Below are positions 45,576 through 54,787 of a DNA stretch of 64,000 nt, in pieces (position 1 is the first letter of the stretch; each line of letters begins with the position of its first letter). The notes under the pieces were generated by a model. The model was given only the letters and a program-made list of their open reading frames with translations. It searched no databases and was not told the DNA's origin. Made by a program: the position numbers and the translations under genes. This DNA comes from Lachnospiraceae bacterium (GTDB taxonomy: Bacteria; Bacillota; Clostridia; Lachnospirales; Lachnospiraceae), in the NCBI GenBank assembly GCA_017624115.1, contig JAGANQ010000068.1:20370-84369 (forward strand). The letters are read 5' to 3'.

Positions 45576-47939
45576 CTATTTTTCAAAGCTGCCCCAGAAC
45601 TCCCGTACCCTTTTTCCTGCATCGCGTACAGTTGTCGCTCTGATATCTGACCACTCTCTCGGAAAAAGCTGCTGATAACGGCTCTCCATAAAGCGCTCAT
45701 CCAGAAGAAGTATCACTCCCTTATCCTCTCTGGTACGGATAACACGTCCTGCAGCCTGCAAAACCTTATTCATGCCTGGGAAACGATACGCATAATCAAA
45801 GCCGTTCTGCTCCTTTTCTTCAAAATAATCCTTTAGTATTTCCCGTTCCACACATATCTGTGGTAAACCAGTTCCAACAATTATTGTACCAATTAATCGC
45901 TCTTCCTTCAAGTCTATTCCTTCAGAGAATATTCCACCCAGTACGCAAAATGCTATCTGAACCCCGGAATCTGTACTTTCAAACCGAAGCAGAAATTCTT
46001 CCTTCTCTGCCTCTGTCATGCTGTTTTTCTGCATAAAAATCGTGGTACGTTCTGGAATCCCCTCTTCCGCCGCTGTCTCATAAACCTCCTGCATCAATTT
46101 ATAAGACGGAAAAAATACCATATAATTTCCACGCTTTGCCTCAGTCAGCTCCCTTATATAACGGTATATCCGGCTATACTCTGACCTATTTCTCCTGGTA
46201 TAGCGGCTGCTCACATCACTGCCGATAAGCAGACACCGTTTCCGCCTGTCAAACGGAGAAGCTGTATAGACAGCATAGTCCTCCGGTTGTGCTCCCAGCA
46301 ATTCCTTATAATAGCCTATCGGCAGCAGCGTAGCTGAAAAAAATATGGTACTGCTCCCTTTCGCCAGACATTCCCGGATAACACCTGCCGTATGCACGCA
46401 GAACAGTCGAATCAAAAAGCCTCCATCCGGCGTATGCTCCGTATATACCCGAAAGCTCTCATCCAGCATATCATGGATATTCAGAAACTGCCTTACCTTC
46501 AAAAAAAATTCCACCAGCTTCTGCGTATATTCAAAGCTTCTGTGCTCATCAAGAAAGCTTTCTATATCACCATAAAGCCTTGTAAGCTGCAGAGACAATG
46601 TTCCCGCATTCTCCAGCACCTGAAAGCTTTCGCATTCACGTTTGAGTGCAAGCATATTTTTGTTGCAGCGTTCTAAATCTGCTGCTATCTTTTTACTGTA
46701 TGGCAACATCATTCGCTTCATTTCCAGAAAGTCTTCTTTATATAACGAAGCACTATACATCTCGCGTGCACGCTCCACCAGATTATGAGCTTCATCAACA
46801 AGAAAAAGGTATTCTCCCTTTATACCCTCTGAAAAATACCGTTTCAGCTTCACATTCGGGTCAAATACGTAATTATAATCACAAATTACGCCATCGGAAA
46901 AAATGCTGACATCCAGACACATTTCAAACGGACAGACCTCATGCTTTTTTGCATAGGCAAGCAACAGCTCCCTGTCAGCCTTCCGCTCATTCACCAGTAA
47001 ATCATAAATCGCGTCATTTACCCTGTCATAATGTCCTTTGGCATAAGGACATACATCGGGGTTACATTCTCTTTCCTCCAGAAAACATAGCTTATCTCTT
47101 GCCGTAATCGTTACCGTCTTAAAGAAAAGTCCCTTTTGCCGTAAAATCTCAAAGGCTTCCTCTGCCACTGTTCTGGTAATGGTTTTCGCCGTCAAATAAA
47201 AAATCTTCTCGCCCAGTTCCTCTCCGACTGCCTTTACCGCTGGAAATACAGCAGACATCGTTTTACCGATTCCTGTCGGTGCCTGCAAAAATAATGTTTT
47301 TTTCCGCTCTATCGTCCGGTATACCGATACTGCCAGATTCCTTTGACCCTCGCGGTACGGAAACGGAAATTCTATCTTTTTAATAGACTCCTGCCGAAGC
47401 TTTCTCGCTTCGTACTGATAATCAGTCCATTTCTTATACTCCTTCATCATCGCATAGAACCATTCTCTCAGATAGTCCAGAGAAAACACCTCCGAAAAGC
47501 GCCTGATATCTTCTGTCTCAATATTTACATAGGTCATCTGCACACCTATCTGCACAGCTCCTATCTCTTCGCCATGGAAATACGCATAGCACATCGCCTG
47601 CGCTTTGTGAGTTGGAACCGGTTTCTCCAGATAATGCAGCTCCTTATAAATTCCTTTTATCTCATCAATGTACACGATGTCACCTTCTGTAAAGATGCCA
47701 TCAGCACGCCCCTCCACACTGATTTCATAGGAATCCATCTCAACACATTTTTTCAGAACAACCTCCGCCCGGTAATCTCCACCCATCTGCTTTTGGATTT
47801 TTCTGTGAATACGGCTTCCCGCCTGCATCGCATCCTTATCTGAAATATTTCCTCTGCGATTGTCTATATCTCCGCCACGCATAATAAACTCTACCAGATT
47901 GCGGACGGATATTCTTATCTGTACTGTTTCCTTCTCCAT
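45576..47939 (-). CDS. XPD/DinG-family Fe-S DNA helicase with an N-terminal PD-(D/E)XK nuclease-like domain
   Basis: The N-terminal GRADGI...IDEIKG...QAMCYAY matches the RecB/Cas4-type D..ExK..QxxxY pattern. Walker A is APTGIGKT and the DEAH box is VDEAHN. Four Cys (CFLEERECNPDVCPY...CPFEMC) fit the XPD Fe-S domain. The C-terminal helicase motif is QAAGRVIR. Confidence 0.8.
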   Translation of the reverse strand: MEKETVQIRISVRNLVEFIMRGGDIDNRRGNISDKDAMQAGSRIHRKIQKQMGGDYRAEVVLKKCVEMDSYEISVEGRADGIFTEGDIVYIDEIKGIYKELHYLEKPVPTHKAQAMCYAYFHGEEIGAVQIGVQMTYVNIETEDIRRFSEVFSLDYLREWFYAMMKEYKKWTDYQYEARKLRQESIKKIEFPFPYREGQRNLAVSVYRTIERKKTLFLQAPTGIGKTMSAVFPAVKAVGEELGEKIFYLTAKTITRTVAEEAFEILRQKGLFFKTVTITARDKLCFLEERECNPDVCPYAKGHYDRVNDAIYDLLVNERKADRELLLAYAKKHEVCPFEMCLDVSIFSDGVICDYNYVFDPNVKLKRYFSEGIKGEYLFLVDEAHNLVERAREMYSASLYKEDFLEMKRMMLPYSKKIAADLERCNKNMLALKRECESFQVLENAGTLSLQLTRLYGDIESFLDEHRSFEYTQKLVEFFLKVRQFLNIHDMLDESFRVYTEHTPDGGFLIRLFCVHTAGVIRECLAKGSSTIFFSATLLPIGYYKELLGAQPEDYAVYTASPFDRRKRCLLIGSDVSSRYTRRNRSEYSRIYRYIRELTEAKRGNYMVFFPSYKLMQEVYETAAEEGIPERTTIFMQKNSMTEAEKEEFLLRFESTDSGVQIAFCVLGGIFSEGIDLKEERLIGTIIVGTGLPQICVEREILKDYFEEKEQNGFDYAYRFPGMNKVLQAAGRVIRTREDKGVILLLDERFMESRYQQLFPREWSDIRATTVRDAGKRVREFWGSFEK

Positions 47940-48119
47940 GATGCTGTTCCCTTACTTTGTAATGAAAAAGAGTTCTGTCTACTGTCTGCCAAACCCCTGA
48001 ACAGACAGTTCCTGTAATTTCAAAATGGGACTGCGCACCTGTAAAGTGCAACAGCCCCAATACTTTTGCTTTCAGCAGTTCTCTCTCCGAACAGCTGCCA
48101 CGGTTCAAAAATAACTCTG

Positions 48120-48347
48120 CTATGCAGTTGTATAATGATTCAGAAAATCCTCAAACTGCAAATCATCTCCACCATACTGTACAGTAAGCTCTCTGGATAA
48201 ATCAAGACTTAACACTTCCAGTAATGATTTCGCATCAATGACAACTCTGTTGTAAAAAACATCAATGTCAAATTCGCATTTGGATGCTGCCGAGACAAAT
48301 TTCTTAGCATCAGAAATCTCTGGTAACCGTATTTTTCTTTCTTTCAT
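48120..48347 (-). CDS. HPr-like small protein (no obvious phospho-His15 context)
   Basis: In this 75-aa protein, VIDAKSLLEVLSLDLSRELTVQYGG resembles the HPr core NAKSIMGVMSLG. The N-terminal region lacks the GLHARPA motif. Confidence 0.55.
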   Translation of the reverse strand: MKERKIRLPEISDAKKFVSAASKCEFDIDVFYNRVVIDAKSLLEVLSLDLSRELTVQYGGDDLQFEDFLNHYTTA

Positions 48348-48393
48348 AATAATTCCTCCGTTCCAGTGTCCTACCTTCCCCTTTATTTCGAAA

Positions 48394-48422
48394 TTTATAG
48401 CACATTTTTATATAAATGTCAA
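48394..48422 (-). promoter_or_regulatory. Sigma-A promoter (TTGACA-17-TATAAA with a TGn extended -10) for the HPr-like gene
   Basis: The minus strand reads TTGACATTTATATAAAAATGTGCTATAAA, about 45 nt upstream of the start. Confidence 0.65.
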
Positions 48423-48448
48423 TGTGATTTTTGTTATTTTAACATTTT

Positions 48449-49213
48449 TTAGCAATTTTCGTTATTCTCAAATTCCAGCATATTTTTGCGATACCATAAT
48501 GGCAGCATATTTCTCTGACATTTTGGATTTTTTCTGGCTTCAATCCCTATCGTATGGAAAAATATCTTCCAAAGTTCCTCATACTCCTCTTCCTGTCCCG
48601 ATTCCGGCAGTTTCTCGGGCATCTTTGCCTCCCTGGATAATACCCATGATGTATTCCTTGCATGTACGGCTGCCATCTCATGCACCGCATCATAAATCAC
48701 CCAGTTTTCGCCCGAAAGTCTGTCTTCAAAATGCGGAGCTATCAGCGTAAGCACGTAGTTTTTAGGCGTAATTTTTGCAAACAGGACACCATTTTCCAGT
48801 TCCTGAAAACGAATAAAGCCCAGAAGCAGATGTGACTCATTTGATACATTTCGCACCAGTTCGAATATGTCCATCACAACCGGATTACCAAACTCACTTA
48901 CAATCCGTGCTCCTCTTTGTATAGCAAGCACGATAAATCGGTAAATCAGGTCTGCCTTTCTTCTTTCCTGTGACATAGCTGCCTTATAAACATACTCAAA
49001 AACCTCTTCTGACAGCTTCTGTCTCAAAGTACGAACCACCTTTTCCGCCTTCTCATCATCCGGCAGCACAACCACATAGTCTGCAAAAAGCTCCAGATTA
49101 TACTCTCCCTGCAGTTCAAGCCGTACATTGTCATGTCCCAGCCTGCCTGCCCACGCATCATACACGGCTGTCAATATTCCTTCAAAGCTGTCCTCACATA
49201 AATAAATTCTCAT
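48449..49213 (-). CDS. Probable DNA metabolism protein (DUF4130 / TIGR03915-type partner of a radical SAM enzyme)
   Basis: MRIYLCEDSFEGILTAVYDAW at the N-terminus and a C-terminal region with ARKNPKCQRNMLPLWYRKNMLEF are typical of this family as I recall it. It lies directly downstream of the radical SAM gene. Confidence 0.65.
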   Translation of the reverse strand: MRIYLCEDSFEGILTAVYDAWAGRLGHDNVRLELQGEYNLELFADYVVVLPDDEKAEKVVRTLRQKLSEEVFEYVYKAAMSQERRKADLIYRFIVLAIQRGARIVSEFGNPVVMDIFELVRNVSNESHLLLGFIRFQELENGVLFAKITPKNYVLTLIAPHFEDRLSGENWVIYDAVHEMAAVHARNTSWVLSREAKMPEKLPESGQEEEYEELWKIFFHTIGIEARKNPKCQRNMLPLWYRKNMLEFENNENC

Positions 49214-49249
49214 TGCACGCTATACATCCTTTCATCAGGCTTCTGCCTC

Positions 49250-50596
49250 TCACAGCTGTCCTGATACGGCAGCTCTGCCATCCTCCACAGACGGCGGCAC
49301 AGTAAGGTGGAAATCGTCAAACAATGACATCTGCGTAAAGCTCTCATTTTCCTGCATCTCATAAAGCTTCTTCCGGTCATCATGAATCAGATTATGAGTA
49401 ATTGAATTTTCCTCAAGCCTGATTCTGTACTGCATCCTTCCCATGCAGGTAATAAAATAAACCGCACGCTTCAGTACCACACCCAATCGTTTTAAATCCT
49501 CAAAATCCAGTTTTGCACTTCTCCTTGCCCGCACAATTCTCTGTGCAGACTTCACTCCGATTCCCGGCACACGCAAAAGTGTCTGATAATCTGCCCGGTT
49601 AATTTCTACCGGAAAGTATTCCAGATGCCGCACTGCCCATTCACACTTTGGATCCAGCAGCACATTAAAATTCGGTCTGTCCGGCGATAACAGTTCTGAT
49701 GCTTCAAAGCCATAATAGCGCAAAAGCCAGTCTGCCTGATACAATCTATGCTCTCTCAATAACGGCGGTCCATCCGGCAGTGCGGGAAGCATGGCGTCTG
49801 TATTCACTGAGACATATGCAGAGTAGAATACTCTCTTTAAATCATAGTTTTTATACAAAGCCTCTGCCACAGACATAATCTGATAATCGCTTTCCGGTGT
49901 GGCACCGATAATCATCTGTGTACTTTGCCCCGCCGGCACAAACCTCGGTGCTTCCTGGTATACTGTCATCTCATTCTTACTATTCACAATTCCCTTCTGA
50001 ATCTGCTTCATCGGCTTTAAAATCGTCTTCCGGGTCTTGTGAGGAGCCAGTCTTCTAAGCCCGTCTCCTGTCGGGAGTTCCAGATTAACACTCATCCTGT
50101 CCGCCAGAAATCCTGTGCGCCGAATCAGTTCTTCATCTGCCCCGGGTATTGCTTTCACATGGATATATCCCATGAAATGGTATTCTGTACGCAGCTTATA
50201 TAAAGTCTGATACAACAAATCCATCGTGTAATTCGGATTTTTCAAAATTCCTGAGCTTAAGAACAAACCTTCAATATAATTTCTGCGATAAAACTCCATG
50301 GTCAATGTGCATACCTCATCCGGTGTAAATGCTGCCCGCTTTACATCATTGGAAGCCCGGTTGATACAATACTTGCAGTCAAATACGCATTCATTCGTAA
50401 ACAGTATCTTTAACAGAGAAACACACCGCCCGTCTGAGGCAAAGGTATGGCAAATACCACATGCCGCCGCATTGCCCATACTTCCCGCCTTCCCCTTGCG
50501 GTCAACTCCGCTTGATGTACAGGCAGCATCATACTTTGCCGCATCTGTAAGAATCTGTAATTTTTCCTGTATCGTCATTTTCTGTTCTATCTGCAT
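49250..50596 (-). CDS. Putative DNA modification/repair radical SAM protein (TIGR03916-type) with a C-terminal helix-hairpin-helix
   Basis: FTNECVFDCKYCINR is a CxxxCxxC-like radical SAM cluster motif. LLRVPGIGVKSAQRIV is an HhH motif. I chose the start MQIEQK at 50596 because a promoter (50630-50658) and the fapA terminator lie inside the longer ORF-track reading. Confidence 0.7.
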   Translation of the reverse strand: MQIEQKMTIQEKLQILTDAAKYDAACTSSGVDRKGKAGSMGNAAACGICHTFASDGRCVSLLKILFTNECVFDCKYCINRASNDVKRAAFTPDEVCTLTMEFYRRNYIEGLFLSSGILKNPNYTMDLLYQTLYKLRTEYHFMGYIHVKAIPGADEELIRRTGFLADRMSVNLELPTGDGLRRLAPHKTRKTILKPMKQIQKGIVNSKNEMTVYQEAPRFVPAGQSTQMIIGATPESDYQIMSVAEALYKNYDLKRVFYSAYVSVNTDAMLPALPDGPPLLREHRLYQADWLLRYYGFEASELLSPDRPNFNVLLDPKCEWAVRHLEYFPVEINRADYQTLLRVPGIGVKSAQRIVRARRSAKLDFEDLKRLGVVLKRAVYFITCMGRMQYRIRLEENSITHNLIHDDRKKLYEMQENESFTQMSLFDDFHLTVPPSVEDGRAAVSGQL

Positions 50597-50629
50597 CTCA
50601 ATCACCGAATATATGTTCTCGTTTTTCTT

Positions 50630-50658
50630 ATTATAGCATATTATATATCTGATTGCAA
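50630..50658 (-). promoter_or_regulatory. Sigma-A promoter (TTGCAA-17-TATAAT with an extended -10 TG) for the radical SAM operon
   Basis: The minus strand reads TTGCAATCAGATATATAATATGCTATAAT. Confidence 0.65.
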
Positions 50659-50715
50659 GGGTTTTTCGAACATATATTCTTATTTTACCAATGACAAACA
50701 GCCAGCTCTTCTCTG

Positions 50716-50750
50716 CCAAAAAGGTCCGGGCGAACAGCCCGGACCTTTGT
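50716..50750 (-). terminator. Intrinsic terminator after the FapA-like gene
   Basis: The minus strand reads AAAGGTCCGGGC TGTTC GCCCGGACCTTT TTGG, a 12-bp GC-rich stem. Confidence 0.8.
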
Positions 50751-50766
50751 CTGCATCTTATTATTT

Positions 50767-52182
50767 TTAATTTCCGAATTTCAGCAGAGGAACAATCTCG
50801 TTCACCTGACGTACAAATTCAACATTTAAAAATGGTTCTGTCACCACATAGTTTTCAGAATCAATCGTTATATGTACACCCGGACAGACCTTTCCTACTA
50901 CTATTATTTTAGCTTTACCCATATTAGCAATTATCAGTGCCATATCATTGCGGTTCTCCACGCATTGCTCACGTTCCTTCTCCTTTATCGCATAAGCCTG
51001 CTTAATTTTCTGATAAAGCACCTGATCCATCTTATCATTTTTTAATCCTCTGGCAAAGGCTTCTTCAAACATCTTTATATTCTTCTGCAAAATTTCAATT
51101 TCAGAATCAATCTTTGCCAAAGTACGGTTCAACGCATTATATTTATTTACGTTTTCACTGGTAATACCAACTGAAACATACGTCGGAATCTCTGCAGCAT
51201 TTCCAAGACCATGCGCCTGTATGGAAAGCAGTGCCTTGGCACTTCCTCCCACAATCACACCCTTGCTTCCTGATACCTCAATTTTTCCCTCCGATTCGAT
51301 ATTACAGTTGAAAAAGTAATTCGCATTCACATTGCCCTTAGCTTTAATCGTTGCAGATTCAAAAAATCTGCCGGACACGTTTCCGCCGCATTCAATATAA
51401 CCTGTTCCTCCGCCCTGCATACCATTCTTAAGAATGACATCCTTGCTGGCACGAATTGTCACACTGCCCACATGACCGTCTATCACAACATTTCCGGTGG
51501 CAATAATAGACAATCCCGGCTCCATGCTGCCCATAACATACACATCACCATCAAAGCGTACATTTCCTACCGAAATATCCAGATTCCCCGTAACGGTAAA
51601 TACATTGCTAATCTCCAGCCTGCCATCTACCAGCTCAATTCTTCCATTCAGGATAGAGATATATTTTCGCTTATCCTCCGATACCGTAAAGCCCTGCCCA
51701 CGAAGCGGCAGCAGTTCTGCACCATGCTTTGCCATGCAGATTTCTCCCTTTACTGTATAACCGCAGACTCCCGCAGTTCCCGGAACATACTCTGCAACCA
51801 CCTGTCCAACAGTCACTGACTCAAACAAATCCATGTTCAGGTAATCAACAGAACCGTCTTCCAGAATATGCGGTGCCGACGATGTTTCTGTACGGAAATT
51901 ATATTTATAATATCCCGGTTCTCCATCCACGGCTTCCTTTCCACGTGCCACAATAATCGGACGATTATAGATATTCTTCTCTATCATTTTCTCGATGACC
52001 TCTTCATCAATGCCATACTTGACACCATTGGCATCCAGAAGTACCTTCAGTTCTGCCAGGCCATAGTGTTCCCCCTCAGGCGGTCTGCATAATTCAAGTG
52101 TGGCACTCATTTTATCGTCTGATATACGAACAACAGACTCCGCACACTCTTCTCCTGTCAAAAAAGAAAATCTATCTTTCAT
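50767..52182 (-). CDS. FapA (DUF342) family protein
   Basis: The N-terminal part (VRISDDKMSATLEL..P...LLDANGVKYGIDEEVIEKMI) is followed by a long beta-helix-like repeat region (GNV.IDG.V and GNVNANYFFNCNIESEG) and a C-terminal coiled coil. Confidence 0.7.
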   Translation of the reverse strand: MKDRFSFLTGEECAESVVRISDDKMSATLELCRPPEGEHYGLAELKVLLDANGVKYGIDEEVIEKMIEKNIYNRPIIVARGKEAVDGEPGYYKYNFRTETSSAPHILEDGSVDYLNMDLFESVTVGQVVAEYVPGTAGVCGYTVKGEICMAKHGAELLPLRGQGFTVSEDKRKYISILNGRIELVDGRLEISNVFTVTGNLDISVGNVRFDGDVYVMGSMEPGLSIIATGNVVIDGHVGSVTIRASKDVILKNGMQGGGTGYIECGGNVSGRFFESATIKAKGNVNANYFFNCNIESEGKIEVSGSKGVIVGGSAKALLSIQAHGLGNAAEIPTYVSVGITSENVNKYNALNRTLAKIDSEIEILQKNIKMFEEAFARGLKNDKMDQVLYQKIKQAYAIKEKEREQCVENRNDMALIIANMGKAKIIVVGKVCPGVHITIDSENYVVTEPFLNVEFVRQVNEIVPLLKFGN

Positions 52183-52203
52183 GCCACCACCTCCTCTATA
52201 TAT

Positions 52204-52233
52204 ACTATATCGTAAGTACTAATCGAATGTCAA
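52204..52233 (-). promoter_or_regulatory. Possible sigma-A promoter for the FapA-like gene (TTGACA-18-TATAGT)
   Basis: The minus strand reads TTGACATTCGATTAGTACTTACGATATAGT. A GAGGAGG RBS precedes the ATG at 52182. Confidence 0.45.
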
Positions 52234-52243
52234 GATTCTGCTA

Positions 52244-53386
52244 TTATTTTATGAATTTATTTATATATCTGTCTGCCGAAAAGCCCGCAGCATTGTATAC
52301 AGTTAAAACATCTGTCACCTGATTCTGCTGCACATACTCTTCAACGCTCCCATTATAGTAGCGTAAATCCAGCATCGTAATTTTCTCAAAATCTGCTGTA
52401 AAGAATGGTGCCAGGCAATGTGCATAGGAATCCTTGATAATGAGCAGGTGCCTGTCATTATCAAGCGATGTCTCTATCTCTGTCACCCCATGATTTCCGT
52501 CGCAGAACACGGCATATTTGTCTCTGGTGGAAAGCTTTTCTTCCGAATAGATTGTATCCCACCATTCCCCCTCCATATCCAGTCTCATGCGCAGCTTTTC
52601 CTGCGGCTTTACAAACGCATAGATGGAGTCCGGCTTCATCTCCACGTTGACCCTGGCATACAGCGTCCCTGTAAAAGAATCCGTCAGGCACACCCTGTCA
52701 TAATCAGCTATATCCGGGCGCAGCTGACCCTGTTTTTCCTTCCAGGCACAATATCCATAAAAAGCACCCAAAGTCGTCCAGTGATGGTCTGTCCGATAAT
52801 AAATTTCTTCCCCGCTGTGCGCTGCCAGTTCACCATATACATCTACCCATGCTCCGGCAACCATTTTCTCTCTCAGTTCATCAAGCAGCAAATTTTGTCC
52901 GTCATCCGGTGCCAGAAGAGGCAGCTTATCCCTCAAAACGCAGGAGGCAGTCGGAACCAGCATCACTGAAACAGAACCTGCGCCCAGCTTCTGCGTATAT
53001 TTCTCAGCAAAATCCAACAGCGTCTGATAATTCTTCATGGCAAGTTCGGAAAACAGTTTGTCTTTATCCTGTTTCTCAATATAATAATGATCCTCTGCAA
53101 AATACACACCATTAATCTCTGATTTTAACATGGCACGCTCTGTCAGAGTTTTCAGAGTAATCCAGTAATTACGGAGTGGAAACTGGTCTGTCACATATTC
53201 TTCATAATCCTTCATATAGCTGCCATCCCGTACCGCTTCCATCGTAAGCTTTGGTCTGCTGCTTAGATAGCGGTTTTCAAACTCTGAAAATCCTGTATCT
53301 GGCTTCAACATTCCTGCGATAAAAAATATTATCAAAATTCCTGAAAAAAGTGCACAGAATTTTTTATCTGTTCTTAATTCTTTCAT
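52244..53386 (-). CDS. DHHW-family protein (AlgX/PatB-like SGNH-related O-acyltransferase partner)
   Basis: It has an N-terminal TM anchor and the literal RTDHHWTTLGAFYGY motif. The ATG at 53386 lies behind GGAGGG. It is immediately downstream of the MBOAT gene. Confidence 0.75.
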   Translation of the reverse strand: MKELRTDKKFCALFSGILIIFFIAGMLKPDTGFSEFENRYLSSRPKLTMEAVRDGSYMKDYEEYVTDQFPLRNYWITLKTLTERAMLKSEINGVYFAEDHYYIEKQDKDKLFSELAMKNYQTLLDFAEKYTQKLGAGSVSVMLVPTASCVLRDKLPLLAPDDGQNLLLDELREKMVAGAWVDVYGELAAHSGEEIYYRTDHHWTTLGAFYGYCAWKEKQGQLRPDIADYDRVCLTDSFTGTLYARVNVEMKPDSIYAFVKPQEKLRMRLDMEGEWWDTIYSEEKLSTRDKYAVFCDGNHGVTEIETSLDNDRHLLIIKDSYAHCLAPFFTADFEKITMLDLRYYNGSVEEYVQQNQVTDVLTVYNAAGFSADRYINKFIK

Positions 53387-53429
53387 CACATTCCCTCCAC
53401 ATCTATTGGACATTCTCAATCCTCTTCAC

Positions 53430-54764
53430 TTAAAATCTGAAATACAGAAACGGATTATAAGAAGAATCCACCAGATACGCGACACACAGCAGAAACAGCA
53501 GCGCATACCAGATACAGCTGTTCTGTACCTTTTTCTGAAAGCCTCTGAACATCCCTGCAGAAGCCAGCGCCGCCAGAAGCAGAAGAACACCATTCTGCAA
53601 AAGAAGATAACCTGCTTCCTGCCCAAAAATTCCTGCTCCATTCATGCAAAGCATCGCCTTCAAATAAGAAAATCCTTTCTCCCATTCTTCAAAGGCAAAC
53701 AATACCCAGCCAACCAACACAGCAAACATAGTATAGACATGCCCGATGATTCCCGGCAGCTTTTCTAACCTTTTTAACAGAAAACATTTTTCCACAATAA
53801 GCAGGCAGCCATAATAAGCACCCCAGCATAAGAAATTGATGCCTGCTCCATGCCAGATTCCCGTGAGCAGCCAGACAATCAATATATTCCGTATCTGTAT
53901 TGCCAGTCCCTTACGGTTACCACCAAGTGGAATATAAACATATTCACGGAACCAGGTTCCCAGCGAAATATGCCAGCGTCTCCAGAACTCCGTAATACTT
54001 TTAGAGCAATATGGATAATTAAAATTGTCTGGGAAGTAAAAGCCAAACATTCTTCCCAGCCCCTTTGCCATATCTGAATATCCAGAAAAATCAAAATAAA
54101 TCTGAAATGCGTATGCAATAATACCAAGCCACGCCATGGCAAAGGATATCTCATCTGTCGGACGGCTGCTTATATTTTCCCATAAAAGCCCTATACTGTT
54201 GGCATACAATACCTTTTTTCCAAGTCCCGTCAGAAAAAGACGGATACCCTCCGCAAAATCACTGCTGCTTTCTCTTCGCTCATCCAGCTCCTCAGCTATC
54301 TGCTTATACTGTACAATCGGTCCCGCAATCAGCTGCGGAAACATCGCCACATATGCTCCAAAAGAAATAATATTCTTCTGTACCTTTGCATCTCCCCGAT
54401 ACACATCTATCGTATATGACATAGTCTGAAAGGTATAGAAAGAAATACCTATCGGTAATGGAAACAATCCTGTATACTTAAATACAGCCAACAATCCCAG
54501 ATTTACCATCATTGAAGAAGCCACCACACATTTTGCCTTCTTCATTTCATCCCTGGATTTATAGTACCAGACCAGTCTGCCGTGAATATAGTCCACCAGT
54601 GTAGAAAAAATCATAAGTATGATATATACCGGCTCTCCCCACGCATAAAATACCAGGCTGGCTAAAAAAAGCACTGCATTTCGTGCCCCTCTCGGTGACA
54701 GGAAATACAGTGCAAGCGCCAGGGGTAAAAAGCGGAATAAAAACAGTATACTGCTAAATACCAT
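53430..54764 (-). CDS. MBOAT-family membrane O-acyltransferase (AlgI/DltB/PatA-like)
   Basis: It is polytopic with SFYTFQTMSYTIDVY, FPQLIAGPIV, FWRRWHISLGTWFREYVYIPLGG and WHG motifs. Confidence 0.85.
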   Translation of the reverse strand: MVFSSILFLFRFLPLALALYFLSPRGARNAVLFLASLVFYAWGEPVYIILMIFSTLVDYIHGRLVWYYKSRDEMKKAKCVVASSMMVNLGLLAVFKYTGLFPLPIGISFYTFQTMSYTIDVYRGDAKVQKNIISFGAYVAMFPQLIAGPIVQYKQIAEELDERRESSSDFAEGIRLFLTGLGKKVLYANSIGLLWENISSRPTDEISFAMAWLGIIAYAFQIYFDFSGYSDMAKGLGRMFGFYFPDNFNYPYCSKSITEFWRRWHISLGTWFREYVYIPLGGNRKGLAIQIRNILIVWLLTGIWHGAGINFLCWGAYYGCLLIVEKCFLLKRLEKLPGIIGHVYTMFAVLVGWVLFAFEEWEKGFSYLKAMLCMNGAGIFGQEAGYLLLQNGVLLLLAALASAGMFRGFQKKVQNSCIWYALLFLLCVAYLVDSSYNPFLYFRF

Positions 54765-54787
54765 ATTAACCTCTATTCTGCATACTC

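Noticed and set aside
47836-48108. A 90-aa minus-strand ORF spanning the HPr-like/helicase spacer and overlapping the helicase start.
   Set aside because: It has no RBS, overlaps the well-supported helicase N-terminus out of frame, and its composition is Arg/Gly-rich and odd. It is treated as non-coding spacer; see the finding on the 180-nt gap.
43567-50719. I considered whether ParA, the nuclease-helicase, LysR and the radical SAM genes mark a mobile element or a defence island.
   Set aside because: I saw no integrase, recombinase, transposase, tRNA attachment site, flanking direct repeats, toxin-antitoxin or restriction genes, and no obvious compositional break. The genes each have ordinary sigma-A promoters. 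This is better treated as chromosomal accessory or housekeeping genes.
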